Shown: in pieces, positions 1 through 7,596 of the stretch
Layout of the letters: every line of letters begins with the position of its first letter
Position numbering within the stretch: position 1 is the first letter of the stretch
NCBI GenBank assembly: GCA_031441445.1
Contig: GCA_031441445.1_4353.1
DNA length: 24,085 bases
Source of the DNA: a phage
Reading direction: 5' to 3' (one strand)
Notes under the pieces: model-generated
The model's database searches: none
The model's input: only the letters and a program-made list of their open reading frames with translations
What the model was told of the DNA's origin: nothing
Program-made: the position numbers and the translations under genes

Positions 1-322
1 CTTTGTACCAGGTCAGAGAATACGGCGCTTTGCCTGCCTTAACCTCGACAGTGATGGTTGCGCTGCCGCCCGCCAGTTCAGCGTCCTGCGGTTGCGCAGA
101 GAAATACACGTCGCCAGCGTCCGCCAGATACGGAATTTCATAAAGCATACCGGCGGCGGGCAACGCAATACCGGTTTTATCTGCAAACGGCATATCATCT
201 ACCGGTGTACCGAGTACACTTTCGTCCCCAATAAATACCACGTTCTCGCCAGAGCCAGACACCCGAGCGTACTGGACTACGCGACGTGACGGCACATCAG
301 TTACTTTGAAAAAGCCCATCAT
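1..322 (-). CDS. hypothetical phage protein, 3'-truncated by window edge (N-terminus MMGFFKVTDVPSRRVVQYARVSGSGENVVFIGDE...)
   Basis: Minus-strand frame open from ATG at 322-320 (second in-frame ATG 319-317) to position 1 with no stop; ATG overlaps TAA of the upstream gene (TAATG); AAGGGG Shine-Dalgarno 5-6 nt upstream. Absent from ORF track because it has no stop inside the window. Confidence 0.5.
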   Translation of the reverse strand, partial: MMGFFKVTDVPSRRVVQYARVSGSGENVVFIGDESVLGTPVDDMPFADKTGIALPAAGMLYEIPYLADAGDVYFSAQPQDAELAGGSATITVEVKAGKAPYSLTWYK

Positions 323-1398
323 TAATCCCCTTTCAGATAATCAGCAACACGTTTATCGAGTTCCGCCATCTGCTTAAGCGTAAGCGGATTCCCGAAACCA
401 TCTACAGATTTTACGCGAAACTCTTCCGGCGATATACCGCTGTTACGGAAAATCTTACCACGAACAGGACCGAGCGCCTGGTCCTGAAACCATGCTGGTT
501 GTTGTTTCAGGAACTCGTAATAGGTGGTGTCTGCGCTTACCTGAGTACCGCCGTCCGCACCCTTAGCCGCACGTTTTGCGCCTTTATCAAGGAAGTCGAA
601 CTCTGAACTGATTACCGGTGCAGTGGTACTTCGGCAATTAGGATGGGCTGGTGGCATCGGACCTTTACCGATTTCCCACGTCATCCCGTCTCTGACCCTG
701 CAAATCGTACTGGTGCGGCTGTCAAGCGTTGACACCCACTCGTACTTCTCGATGATGTTGTCGTTCTGGCGGTACGTCTCGTTACGGGCCTCGTTGGATA
801 CGTGGGACAGCGCGGTGCGGATTACCGTAGTCGCGTTACGTTCTGAGATGTCGGCTAGTCCACCAGCGCCAACAACATTCTTAACAATCTGCCGTGTGGT
901 TTGACCTTGCACAAAGCCCATCTTAACTCCAGTTACAAGACGTGCTACTTCCGTTTCGCCCCATCCAGACATCAGCTTGGTGAAATCAACGGGCTTGTCG
1001 CTCAATGATAATGGTTGAAACTCGGCAGCGGCCCATACCTGCTCAGCGGTAGGCGTAACAAATTCCGCGTCTACGTTGGCGGTCAGTGTCTTTACGTTCC
1101 ACTCAGCCTCGTACGCCGCCAGTTCCTTAAGGTCGTCTGTTAGCTTTGTTTGCCAGTCACCCGTAATACCGGTTAGTGCTTCTTCCAGGTCGCGTAACAG
1201 TTTATTCAGTCGCGCAGTGCTGCGACCGTCGTCACCGAATAACAGCACCTGCCGTTTGATTTCATCCCTTATCTCCTGAATGAACGGCGTGAGGTCTTTC
1301 ACCTCACCGGATGCGGTGCGTTGCAGCCATATCTGATGGCTGATTAGGGATGTAAGTAAGCTCATAGATAAACCCTGTGGCGCTAAAGTTAATAGCAT
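322..1398 (-). CDS. phage head morphogenesis protein (Mu gpF / SPP1 gp7-like minor head protein)
   Basis: 358-aa ORF directly downstream of the portal gene on the same strand; carries the family motif ...STICRVRDGMTWEIGKGPMPPAHPNCRSTT... (C-x-x-DG ... PPxHxNCR). Confidence 0.8.
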   Translation of the reverse strand: MLLTLAPQGLSMSLLTSLISHQIWLQRTASGEVKDLTPFIQEIRDEIKRQVLLFGDDGRSTARLNKLLRDLEEALTGITGDWQTKLTDDLKELAAYEAEWNVKTLTANVDAEFVTPTAEQVWAAAEFQPLSLSDKPVDFTKLMSGWGETEVARLVTGVKMGFVQGQTTRQIVKNVVGAGGLADISERNATTVIRTALSHVSNEARNETYRQNDNIIEKYEWVSTLDSRTSTICRVRDGMTWEIGKGPMPPAHPNCRSTTAPVISSEFDFLDKGAKRAAKGADGGTQVSADTTYYEFLKQQPAWFQDQALGPVRGKIFRNSGISPEEFRVKSVDGFGNPLTLKQMAELDKRVADYLKGD

Positions 1399-1434
1399 AC
1401 TATAAGAAAGCCCCTTTCGGGGCTATAGGTGAAC

Positions 1435-2916
1435 TTACTGCTGAGTGGTGTCCTGTTGCTGCGCCGACTGCGGAATCTCTCCCGCTACCTGAGCAACAGA
1501 ACCCAACGGCAGAGGTGCGTCTTCAATAGCGTTCTGAATGTCCTCATCTGTCCAGTCAGTCACACCTGCCTTGCGCAACGCAGCATAGTAAGCGGTGGCG
1601 GGTAGCAGGCCAGCGTTAATATCCGCCATCCACTGAGCGCGGTCCTGAGCTGTCATAGGTTGCAGGAAGAATTCCATATTCAGCTTGAACTCAATCTCAG
1701 TATCTTCACTAAGCCCAAGCATACCCGCAACCCAGCGCAACGCATCGGTATACGCCATGCTTACATTACGTGCTATTGTTGCCATGACTGACGTGTCGGC
1801 GCCGCGTTGCAGGCGGGCCGATTCCGCGGTGATTTGCTGCGTCGGGGTGATAAGCTGCGCGCCAATCTGGATGGCCTGATTCTCTTTATCCAGCATATTC
1901 TGTTTGGCGAGGTTAGTTTCCGCCGCCTGAACCAGAAACGCATTTCCGCCGGAGCCGATGTTGTGGCCTGAACGCGACCCCATGCGTATGCCGTGTGGGT
2001 TGGCTTCTTTCCACTGCTCCATGCTCATGTTCTCGCCGGGGGCAATGAACAGTGTCGGTTGACCTACTATAAAGCTGGCCTCTTCCACATCGGCCGAATT
2101 TCTGAAGTGTCCTATATTTAGCTCAGCTAACGGCAGTAAAGGCGCATCGTCTATAGTGGCGTCGTTGTTGCTTGCGCCAATGAACGTGAACGGGATTTTA
2201 CCGCGCAACTGTTCGCCGAGTTCCGGGAAGATTTCGATTACTTCATCCTGTGCGCCACCTTCGGCATCGAAGCGGTAGATGCGCTGGCGGTAGCGACCGT
2301 CAATCAGGTCAAGGACGCGGTATTGCTCGCCGAATTTTGTTTCAAACTCAGCGCCTGGTTCCGAGTATTCCCATGCCTCACGCAATACAACCATCGTCAC
2401 GCGGTTCACTGAACCGATGCGGGTGAGTCTCCAGTTGATAATGTTCTCCGCGGTATAGAATGCGATTACCGGGTTTAATAATCCCGCGTTCTGCTCTGCC
2501 GCCGTTGCTGCGGCTGTTTCCGGGGCATCCACCAGCAACCCACCGCGTCCTATCGAGTCAATCTCCATTAACGTATCCTGCGCGTGCTGCCACAGCCCTA
2601 CACCCGAACCGTCAGCGTTGTGCAACAGGTACTCAAGTTCAGGCGGGATAATCTGCTCAGGGTCTTTGCGCATCACTGACCCCGTCATCCCCGCCAGGGT
2701 ACGTTTAGTGAAGTTGTAACAGATAGCACCGTTCTCGTATTCTTCCTGGCGCTGGGCTGCGTAGGTCGGGTCAGGTTCGTTCTTCCCGACGTTGCGCAGA
2801 TAGCGAATAAGGTCGCCTTCCAGCGCGTGGCGTACCTTCTGCCATTTATCGAAGTGATGCAGCCATTCCCGGTGTTTTGTCTTAACACCCTGATTCTGAC
2901 CGTTCATAGTTAACAT
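1435..2916 (-). CDS. portal protein (putative)
   Basis: 493-aa ORF immediately downstream of the large terminase gene and upstream of the head morphogenesis gene (canonical TerS-TerL-portal-F order); AAGAGGA RBS before ATG at 2916. Assignment is by position and size; no diagnostic motif recognised. Confidence 0.65.
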   Translation of the reverse strand: MLTMNGQNQGVKTKHREWLHHFDKWQKVRHALEGDLIRYLRNVGKNEPDPTYAAQRQEEYENGAICYNFTKRTLAGMTGSVMRKDPEQIIPPELEYLLHNADGSGVGLWQHAQDTLMEIDSIGRGGLLVDAPETAAATAAEQNAGLLNPVIAFYTAENIINWRLTRIGSVNRVTMVVLREAWEYSEPGAEFETKFGEQYRVLDLIDGRYRQRIYRFDAEGGAQDEVIEIFPELGEQLRGKIPFTFIGASNNDATIDDAPLLPLAELNIGHFRNSADVEEASFIVGQPTLFIAPGENMSMEQWKEANPHGIRMGSRSGHNIGSGGNAFLVQAAETNLAKQNMLDKENQAIQIGAQLITPTQQITAESARLQRGADTSVMATIARNVSMAYTDALRWVAGMLGLSEDTEIEFKLNMEFFLQPMTAQDRAQWMADINAGLLPATAYYAALRKAGVTDWTDEDIQNAIEDAPLPLGSVAQVAGEIPQSAQQQDTTQQ

Positions 2917-2928
2917 TTAATAATCCTC

Positions 2929-4179
2929 TTAAAGTGCGAAAGTCACCGGGATGTTGATTACTGGTTTAACCACCGGCATCTCATAAACTACAGGATAGCC
3001 GAGAGCATCAGCCATATGGTCAATGACGCCGTCTTTAGCCGGCTCTCCGTTATCGTCGTATGCCTGCTGTTCCAGCGTCTTGGCTATCTCAGGACATAAG
3101 TGGTCATTAACCCACAGCTTACCTTTTTCCAGCGCGGTGTTCACGGCTAAAACGCGGTCTTTAACCGGGGGGTTGGCTGATTTAGCGCGAACATCGAAAC
3201 CCGCCTGCTGGAGTAATGCAATATCAGAGATTGACGCCGAGTTTGTCTTACGGTTCTTGCCGCTAGCGTCGGGGTAAACGACGATGCGGTGGCCTTGTGA
3301 CTTCCACTTCTCGGTAATTACGCGCACGGTGTCCGGCGTATCGAACAGGCCCTTCAGTTCTGCAACCGCGTGCCATCCATCTTTACGCTGCACATACACG
3401 GCGCTGGCGTTCTTCGTAACGTTGAAGTCCTGCCCGATGTACAGCGTGTCGCCCGGTTGAATTGTCTCTTTGCTGCGGTGCTTGCGTCGGTCGTATGCGT
3501 AATACACGCTTCCGGATGTCAGGTTGACAAACTCACCGTTCAGATACGCGTTAATCAGTTGCGCCGGGTAAGTCTCAGTCAGCGAGCTAATGTAATCCGG
3601 CGGCAGGAATCTGGCGTTCTCGTGAGTGGACGCCTGCACCATTGAGTAACTCGGCGTCGGGTTCTCCTTGAACTTGGCGTAAACGAACTTGAACCCTTCC
3701 GGAGTCGTGGTGACGGAGATGTGGTTAATTACCCCCGGGATAACCAGACGCATGCGGGCTACGATTTTGTACCACGCCAGCTCGGCTTTCTCACGGCTCA
3801 ATACGTCCAGCTCATCCACGACCGCAGCCGCGATTTTGAAGCCGACTATCGAGCCGGGGTTATCCATCGAGCGGCAGATAACAGTTCCGAGCACCGTCTT
3901 ACCGCGAGTGACCACGACTTCTTTGTCGCCAGATTTAACCAGCACATCGAGGCCGAGGAGGTTAGCCGCTTCCTCGAATGTCGGGTAGAAGATGTCGCGG
4001 ATAGCCGGGTAGGTGGGGCCGAAGTAGCCCAGGCGGGTACCCGGGTTCCGGAGCATGAACGTAAGCAGGTCGAGACAGCCGACAAATGTCTTGCCGCTAC
4101 CGAAGCCTCCGACATAGGCCTTGTATTTGTTATCGCAATTCAGGAACAGTGCCTGTGGTGCGGATAGCTGAATACTCAT
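2929..4179 (-). CDS. terminase large subunit
   Basis: 416-aa ORF with Walker A (YVGGFGSGKTFVG) and Walker B-like (AAVVDELDVL) motifs; ATG overlaps stop of upstream small ORF (ATGA); GAGGTAGAGGA RBS. Confidence 0.8.
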   Translation of the reverse strand: MSIQLSAPQALFLNCDNKYKAYVGGFGSGKTFVGCLDLLTFMLRNPGTRLGYFGPTYPAIRDIFYPTFEEAANLLGLDVLVKSGDKEVVVTRGKTVLGTVICRSMDNPGSIVGFKIAAAVVDELDVLSREKAELAWYKIVARMRLVIPGVINHISVTTTPEGFKFVYAKFKENPTPSYSMVQASTHENARFLPPDYISSLTETYPAQLINAYLNGEFVNLTSGSVYYAYDRRKHRSKETIQPGDTLYIGQDFNVTKNASAVYVQRKDGWHAVAELKGLFDTPDTVRVITEKWKSQGHRIVVYPDASGKNRKTNSASISDIALLQQAGFDVRAKSANPPVKDRVLAVNTALEKGKLWVNDHLCPEIAKTLEQQAYDDNGEPAKDGVIDHMADALGYPVVYEMPVVKPVINIPVTFAL

Positions 4180-4721
4180 TCCTCTACCTCACCCATGTTC
4201 GTTGTTACGATTTTACCTACAGGCTCCGCAACACTGAAAACAATCTCAGTCGGTGCTGGTTCTTCGGTGGATGCAACCGGTTTCTCTTTGCTGAGGCCCA
4301 GTTTAGCCGCGGCAAACGTAGCCGAGATGCCCGCAGCCCCTGTCTCAGTGAAGTATGCCTCTTCCAGCGCCTGTGCTGTCTCCCAGGCTTCTGCAAATGC
4401 GGGAATCTCACGCAGCCAAAGCTTAATAATAGGGATAGTGACGCCGATGTGTAAGGCGAAGCGGGCCAGTGACGGCGGCTTATCCTGAATCAGTGGGCGT
4501 TCACCACCCTTAGACGTTGGCACAAGCTCCCACGACGTGCGGTCGAAGAACTCGATTAACGCGTCACAGTAGTCCGGGTCCCACAATGCCGCAGAATTAC
4601 GGGATGATTGATAAAGGCTCTGTTTACCGCGCGGTCGTTTACGGCGACGGTTTGCGCTAACAGCTTCTTCATGTGCAGCTTGCACCACCTCTGGTGATGG
4701 CTGCTTAAGTTTCAGCTTCAT
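4176..4721 (-). CDS. terminase small subunit (putative)
   Basis: ORF track gives 4176..4760 with a GTG start; the in-frame ATG at 4721 (MKLKLKQ...) has an AAGGGGA RBS and is preferred. Basic N-terminus (RRRKRPRGK); stop overlaps large-terminase ATG. Assignment mostly by position. Confidence 0.55.
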   Translation of the reverse strand: MKLKLKQPSPEVVQAAHEEAVSANRRRKRPRGKQSLYQSSRNSAALWDPDYCDALIEFFDRTSWELVPTSKGGERPLIQDKPPSLARFALHIGVTIPIIKLWLREIPAFAEAWETAQALEEAYFTETGAAGISATFAAAKLGLSKEKPVASTEEPAPTEIVFSVAEPVGKIVTTNMGEVEE

Positions 4722-4786
4722 AGAATCCCCTTGCATATGCGTCTGACCATCAGAGCGCACCAGACGCGCCCTACGCGTCTAAAGTG

Positions 4787-4816
4787 ATTATATAAGGGGA
4801 TTGGGCGGGATGTACA
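4787..4816 (-). promoter_or_regulatory. candidate promoter for the packaging/late operon (TGTACA-N18-TATAAT on minus strand)
   Basis: Perfect -10 TATAAT (rc of 4787-4792) with a 4/6 -35 (rc of 4811-4816), 18-bp spacer; lies between the early-operon terminator and terS. Confidence 0.3.
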
Positions 4817-4819
4817 GAA

Positions 4820-4839
4820 AAGCCCTCCGTAGAGGGCTT
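4820..4839 (-). terminator. stem-loop terminator candidate at the early/late boundary
   Basis: 8-bp stem AAGCCCTC / GAGGGCTT with CGTA loop; on the minus strand followed by UUCUGU. Confidence 0.4.
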
Positions 4840-5028
4840 GTTGGTCAGGATATAGCTTTGAATATGAATGCTACTGTAACACGCGCGGCGAAGAACGTAA
4901 CGCAGTTCAACAACCATTGCACGACCCAATATCGCTATGGTTTAGCTGCGATCCAGTCACTTATTTTATCCAGAATATCTTTCATCTCTCGCTCTCCAAT
5001 CAGTTATACAGGCCGTATCATGGTTATT

Positions 5029-5259
5029 TTACAGCTCTACGGATGCCAGATGACTGACTGCGGCTTTAACCGCATCTTTAAGGTTGTCATACGCGGAAGT
5101 AAAAGACGTATGCGCGCCTTTTGAGACAACTGTAGCGCCGCCGTTAAAGTACGCTTTTGCTCTCCAACTACCATTTACCTTGTCAATAAGGATGTAGTGG
5201 CTACCTTCTTCCGTTACCGTAACTGTGTTTTCATCGATTACTTCAAATTTAGTATCCAT
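5029..5259 (-). CDS. hypothetical protein (76 aa)
   Basis: ORF with GAGAGAG RBS, preceded by the cassette promoter at 5305-5333; last gene of the minus-strand early operon. Confidence 0.5.
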   Translation of the reverse strand: MDTKFEVIDENTVTVTEEGSHYILIDKVNGSWRAKAYFNGGATVVSKGAHTSFTSAYDNLKDAVKAAVSHLASVEL

Positions 5260-5304
5260 ATTTGCTCTCTCTCTGTTCGTTAAATTAGTGTATGAAGCGT
5301 TTTA

Positions 5305-5333
5305 ACTATACTAGTGAACTATTCACGCGTCAA
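5305..5333 (-). promoter_or_regulatory. early promoter with operator-like palindrome (TTGACG-N17-TATAGT, minus strand)
   Basis: -35 is rc of 5328-5333, -10 is rc of 5305-5310; the spacer contains TGAATAGTTCACTAG, a near-perfect copy of the recurring AATAG-N4-CTATT palindrome. Confidence 0.5.
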
Positions 5334-5352
5334 TAACTTCTGCGTGTATGAT

Positions 5353-5508
5353 TTAGTCAGTTATATCGCCGCCGTCTACCAGTGCGATTGGTATTCTCAC
5401 TTCACCGTTGAATGTTTCGGCATACCAGAACTTTTCACACTGCGTTACGCTGAAAACATCGAGTTCTGACGTAGCCCCTGTTTTCCAGTAGATAGTTAAC
5501 TTTTTCAT
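5353..5508 (-). CDS. hypothetical small protein (51 aa, MKKLTIYWKTGATSELDVF...)
   Basis: Below the 60-aa ORF-track cutoff; its ATG overlaps the stop of the upstream ORF (ATGA), indicating translational coupling. Confidence 0.35.
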   Translation of the reverse strand: MKKLTIYWKTGATSELDVFSVTQCEKFWYAETFNGEVRIPIALVDGGDITD

Positions 5509-5741
5509 TCTCCACTCTCCTCTTTAGCAATACGTTGCTCAGTTTTAGTGATACCACGGCGCGTGAATAACACCGGGCTAGTCTTAACGTGCGTCATCAG
5601 ACGATTGTTATAAATTACGTGGCGCTCACAATCAACGTCTTTACTGTACTTAGCAATCGTCATTTCGTTGATACCGGTTTGTCGGCATGTCTCCGCCATC
5701 GTACCAAATTCTTTAATCAGGTTAGGAATGCTGGTAATCAT
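5505..5741 (-). CDS. hypothetical protein with possible helix-turn-helix (EFGTMAETCRQTGINEMTIAKYSKD)
   Basis: ORF track 5505..5765 starts at GTG; the internal ATG at 5741 overlaps the stop of the upstream 56-aa ORF (ATGA) and is preferred. Confidence 0.45.
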   Translation of the reverse strand: MITSIPNLIKEFGTMAETCRQTGINEMTIAKYSKDVDCERHVIYNNRLMTHVKTSPVLFTRRGITKTEQRIAKEESGE

Positions 5742-5908
5742 CCTAAGAAATTCCTCGTTGTCCACATCGCATTCGGGTATTTGTTATCGCGGTCCTGTAC
5801 TACGGCAATCATGTTACCGCGTTGTACCAGGCAGAAGTGCCGCTGCTGCTCGCCGTTGTAGCGACGCCAGATTGCTTCTTCGATTGCCGCGTTGATGTCG
5901 CTGAACAT
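5738..5908 (-). CDS. hypothetical small protein (56 aa, MFSDINAAIEEAIWRRYNGEQQRHF...)
   Basis: Unlisted sub-60-aa ORF; start overlaps the stop of the upstream tiny ORF (TAATG) and its stop overlaps the downstream start (ATGA). Confidence 0.35.
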   Translation of the reverse strand: MFSDINAAIEEAIWRRYNGEQQRHFCLVQRGNMIAVVQDRDNKYPNAMWTTRNFLG

Positions 5909-5991
5909 TAGTATCTACCCCACAGAAATCCAACCAACAGCCCAACGAAGTAACTAAGACCAACCAGACCGATAACCACCTCGAGACTCAT
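5908..5991 (-). CDS. tiny hydrophobic peptide (27 aa, MSLEVVIGLVGLSYFVGLLVGFLWGRY)
   Basis: Single predicted transmembrane helix; GGGGTGAGAG RBS; sits 4 nt after the upstream stop and overlaps the downstream start. Confidence 0.3.
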   Translation of the reverse strand: MSLEVVIGLVGLSYFVGLLVGFLWGRY

Positions 5992-5995
5992 ACTC

Positions 5996-6196
5996 TCACC
6001 CCACTATCTCATCACCGAGCCACGCCGTTTCTCGTATATCGGAAACCACGCAAGCGGCGTGCTCACGGCTAATTGCAAAAATGTAGAAGCTAAACTTCTT
6101 CCCGTCGGCGTCGATGTGGTTAACCGAGTATGGTTTCCACAGGACGCCATCAATAACTACCGGTTCAGGCGCTTTCATCTTCTGGTCCGACAACAT
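5996..6196 (-). CDS. hypothetical protein (66 aa)
   Basis: ORF in the coupled minus-strand early operon. Confidence 0.45.
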   Translation of the reverse strand: MLSDQKMKAPEPVVIDGVLWKPYSVNHIDADGKKFSFYIFAISREHAACVVSDIRETAWLGDEIVG

Positions 6197-6455
6197 TGTC
6201 GTACAGCGGGATTATCACATCAGCCCCATCCTTTGAAGCTGCGGTTGCCGTGTTGTAATAAGCCAGCGAAGAACTGTCTTCACCGACGAACAACCCCGCG
6301 TACACGTTCGGTTCTTGCGTCTTAATAGCCAGTAACTCCTTAAACGCCTCCAGTTGAAACTCACCGTTAATTGACAGTTGCCCGCCTAACGTCTGTTTCT
6401 CTGACTCAAGGACCAGAATACGACGCTCAAGTGACGCGATTGTGATTTTAGGCAT
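6165..6455 (-). CDS. hypothetical protein (about 96 aa)
   Basis: ORF track 6165..6464 starts at GTG; the in-frame ATG at 6455 (MPKITIASLE...) is preferred. Overlaps the stop region of the upstream small ORF. Confidence 0.45.
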   Translation of the reverse strand: MPKITIASLERRILVLESEKQTLGGQLSINGEFQLEAFKELLAIKTQEPNVYAGLFVGEDSSSLAYYNTATAASKDGADVIIPLYDNVVGPEDESA

Positions 6456-6621
6456 TGGTGTCACCTTTGTTCAGGTTGAAGCGGTTAATCAATTCACGAC
6501 GATGCTCCTGTACCACAGATAACGCCTTTTCTAATTCGGCAATCGTCTTGTCGCACTCTTCAATAGCGTACATACCTAGCGCCGACTCTACGCATGCCTT
6601 CTCGTATTCGCGGTCAGTCAT
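6448..6621 (-). CDS. hypothetical small protein (57 aa, MTDREYEKACVESALGMYAIEECDK...)
   Basis: Unlisted ORF; its ATG overlaps the stop of the upstream ORF (ATGA). Confidence 0.35.
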   Translation of the reverse strand: MTDREYEKACVESALGMYAIEECDKTIAELEKALSVVQEHRRELINRFNLNKGDTNA

Positions 6622-6776
6622 TCTTTACGCTCTCCCCACATGCGATTGAGATACTTGTTCTTGTCCGGCCCAGGGAAACTGTTACGTTTCATCAGTTCCT
6701 CGCGTGTCGGGGACGGGGTGTGGCTGACTTTACGGCCTACCCGTAGTGGTTGGCTTACTTGACCTTGTTCGCTCAT
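6618..6776 (-). CDS. hypothetical small basic protein (52 aa, MSEQGQVSQPLRVGRKVSHTPSPTREELMKRN...)
   Basis: Unlisted ORF; ATGA overlaps at both ends (with 6773..6970 upstream and 6448..6621 downstream). Confidence 0.35.
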   Translation of the reverse strand: MSEQGQVSQPLRVGRKVSHTPSPTREELMKRNSFPGPDKNKYLNRMWGERKE

Positions 6777-6970
6777 TCTACAATCTCCCATTTAACGCCG
6801 TGGAAGCCATCACCTTCATCGTTACCAAAGTCTATGAAAATACAGCAGTCGTCGTCGGAGTCTATATAACCGAAACCAGTAGCTGTCGGGTTGTATACAT
6901 CATACACTTTACCCTCTGTCACATAGTCAAGGGCGGCTAACCAGAGAATTTTAGCGGCTTTAACTTTCAT
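6773..6970 (-). CDS. hypothetical acidic protein (65 aa)
   Basis: ORF in the coupled operon; ATGA overlap with the upstream gene. Confidence 0.45.
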   Translation of the reverse strand: MKVKAAKILWLAALDYVTEGKVYDVYNPTATGFGYIDSDDDCCIFIDFGNDEGDGFHGVKWEIVE

Positions 6971-7215
6971 TTCTTCTCTCCTGCATAAGCGGACTTCAGG
7001 GTCTGCATTGCAGCGAACCAGAACGCGTCCGCAGGGATGCTATTGCTCAGGTTACTAACGGCGATGCGTGCCATCAGTTGTGCATCTTTGAATGCTTCGA
7101 TGTCTGTGATTTTCATTGGAAATTTACGCATAGCAACCGGGTCATTACCCATAGTCCATGCGATACATTTGGCTTCAAGTTCCTCGGTTATTGCGATTGT
7201 CTGTACGTTACTCAT
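6967..7215 (-). CDS. hypothetical protein (82 aa), first gene of the early operon
   Basis: ATG at 7215 with ACGGAG RBS; preceded by the promoter at 7249-7277. Confidence 0.5.
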   Translation of the reverse strand: MSNVQTIAITEELEAKCIAWTMGNDPVAMRKFPMKITDIEAFKDAQLMARIAVSNLSNSIPADAFWFAAMQTLKSAYAGEKK

Positions 7216-7248
7216 CTTCTCTACTCCGTTCTCGTTGTCGATGGAGTA

Positions 7249-7277
7249 AATATAATAGGGTCGTAGGTAATAGTCAA
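7249..7277 (-). promoter_or_regulatory. sigma70-like promoter (TTGACT-N17-TATATT) for the minus-strand early operon
   Basis: -35 is rc of 7272-7277, -10 is rc of 7249-7254, 17-bp spacer; about 30 nt upstream of ATG 7215. No operator palindrome in this copy. Confidence 0.5.
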
Positions 7278-7299
7278 CTAGTCATTGCAGAAAATAGAT

Positions 7300-7331
7300 A
7301 AAAAAAATCCCGGCTGGGTCAGGGCCGGGAT
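7300..7331 (-). terminator. rho-independent terminator (minus strand)
   Basis: 8-bp stem ATCCCGGC / GCCGGGAT (7307-7314 / 7324-7331) followed on the minus strand by eight U (A-run 7300-7307 on plus). Confidence 0.6.
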
Positions 7332-7364
7332 AAAACTGGAGAGCAGAGGTATGGAACAGGAGGT
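7300..7364 (-). ncRNA. candidate small RNA (about 65 nt) between promoter 7371-7399 and terminator 7300-7331
   Basis: Promoter, short ORF-free transcript and strong terminator in series; predicted RNA begins ...ACCUCCUGUUCC... (anti-Shine-Dalgarno-like CCUCC). Confidence 0.3.
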
Positions 7365-7370
7365 GATTTA

Positions 7371-7399
7371 AGTATCGTCGGATTAGTCTTAGGTGTCAA
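7371..7399 (-). promoter_or_regulatory. sigma70-like promoter (TTGACA-N17-GATACT) driving the candidate sRNA
   Basis: Perfect -35 (rc of 7394-7399), 17-bp spacer, -10 GATACT (rc of 7371-7376). Confidence 0.35.
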
Positions 7400-7526
7400 C
7401 AGAGATTCTCCGGCACGCGTTACCGCACTTTGGCTCGACCTTGTTACAGGTCCGCGAGGGTGATGATACCCGGAATTCCCTCAATGTTGTTTAATCTTCT
7501 GTTGCCGTTAGTCTATCAAACTACTG

Positions 7527-7559
7527 GCAAAATAAAACCCGGATTCGCGGTCCGGGTTT
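7527..7559 (-). terminator. rho-independent terminator after the lysis cassette
   Basis: 9-bp stem AAACCCGGA / TCCGGGTTT (7535-7543 / 7551-7559) with a 7-nt loop, followed on the minus strand by UAUUUUG; 38 nt downstream of the endolysin stop. Confidence 0.6.
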
Positions 7560-7596
7560 ATGGAGATGCAAGCACAAGCGGCGTATGACGATTATA

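Noticed and set aside
13-289. ORF-track entries 13..198 (-) and 92..289 (+) near the left edge
   Set aside because: They lie in different frames from the long minus-strand frame that starts at ATG 322/319 (with RBS and TAATG coupling) and runs off the window; both are likely spurious.
1391-1424. Operator-like AATAG-CATA-CTATA plus hairpin between portal and head-morphogenesis genes as an internal promoter
   Set aside because: The right half-site is mismatched and no -35 element is present at the correct spacing; more likely an mRNA hairpin (GNRA-type loop on the minus strand) or a weak attenuator.
3370-4454. Plus-strand ORFs inside the terminase genes (3370..3645, 3689..3988, 3721..4167, 4086..4454, 4195..4488)
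   Set aside because: Antisense to strongly supported terminase ORFs with recognisable motifs and no RBS or start context of their own; typical shadow ORFs of GC-rich coding sequence.
4721-4760. GTG start at 4760 for the small terminase (as in the ORF track)
   Set aside because: The upstream extension would run through the 4762-4780 palindrome and lacks an SD, whereas ATG 4721 has AAGGGGA at ideal spacing; kept as an alternative only.
4801-5124. 107-aa plus-strand ORF across the early/late boundary
   Set aside because: It starts inside the terminator hairpin and runs antisense to gene 5029..5259, with no SD; the region fits better as noncoding plus the minus-strand gene.
7341-7526. Possible tRNA in the ORF-free gap next to the lysis cassette (and in 11100-11400)
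   Set aside because: Neither strand shows a T-loop consensus (GTTCRANYC) or a cloverleaf-compatible acceptor/anticodon arrangement; the hairpins fit terminators better.
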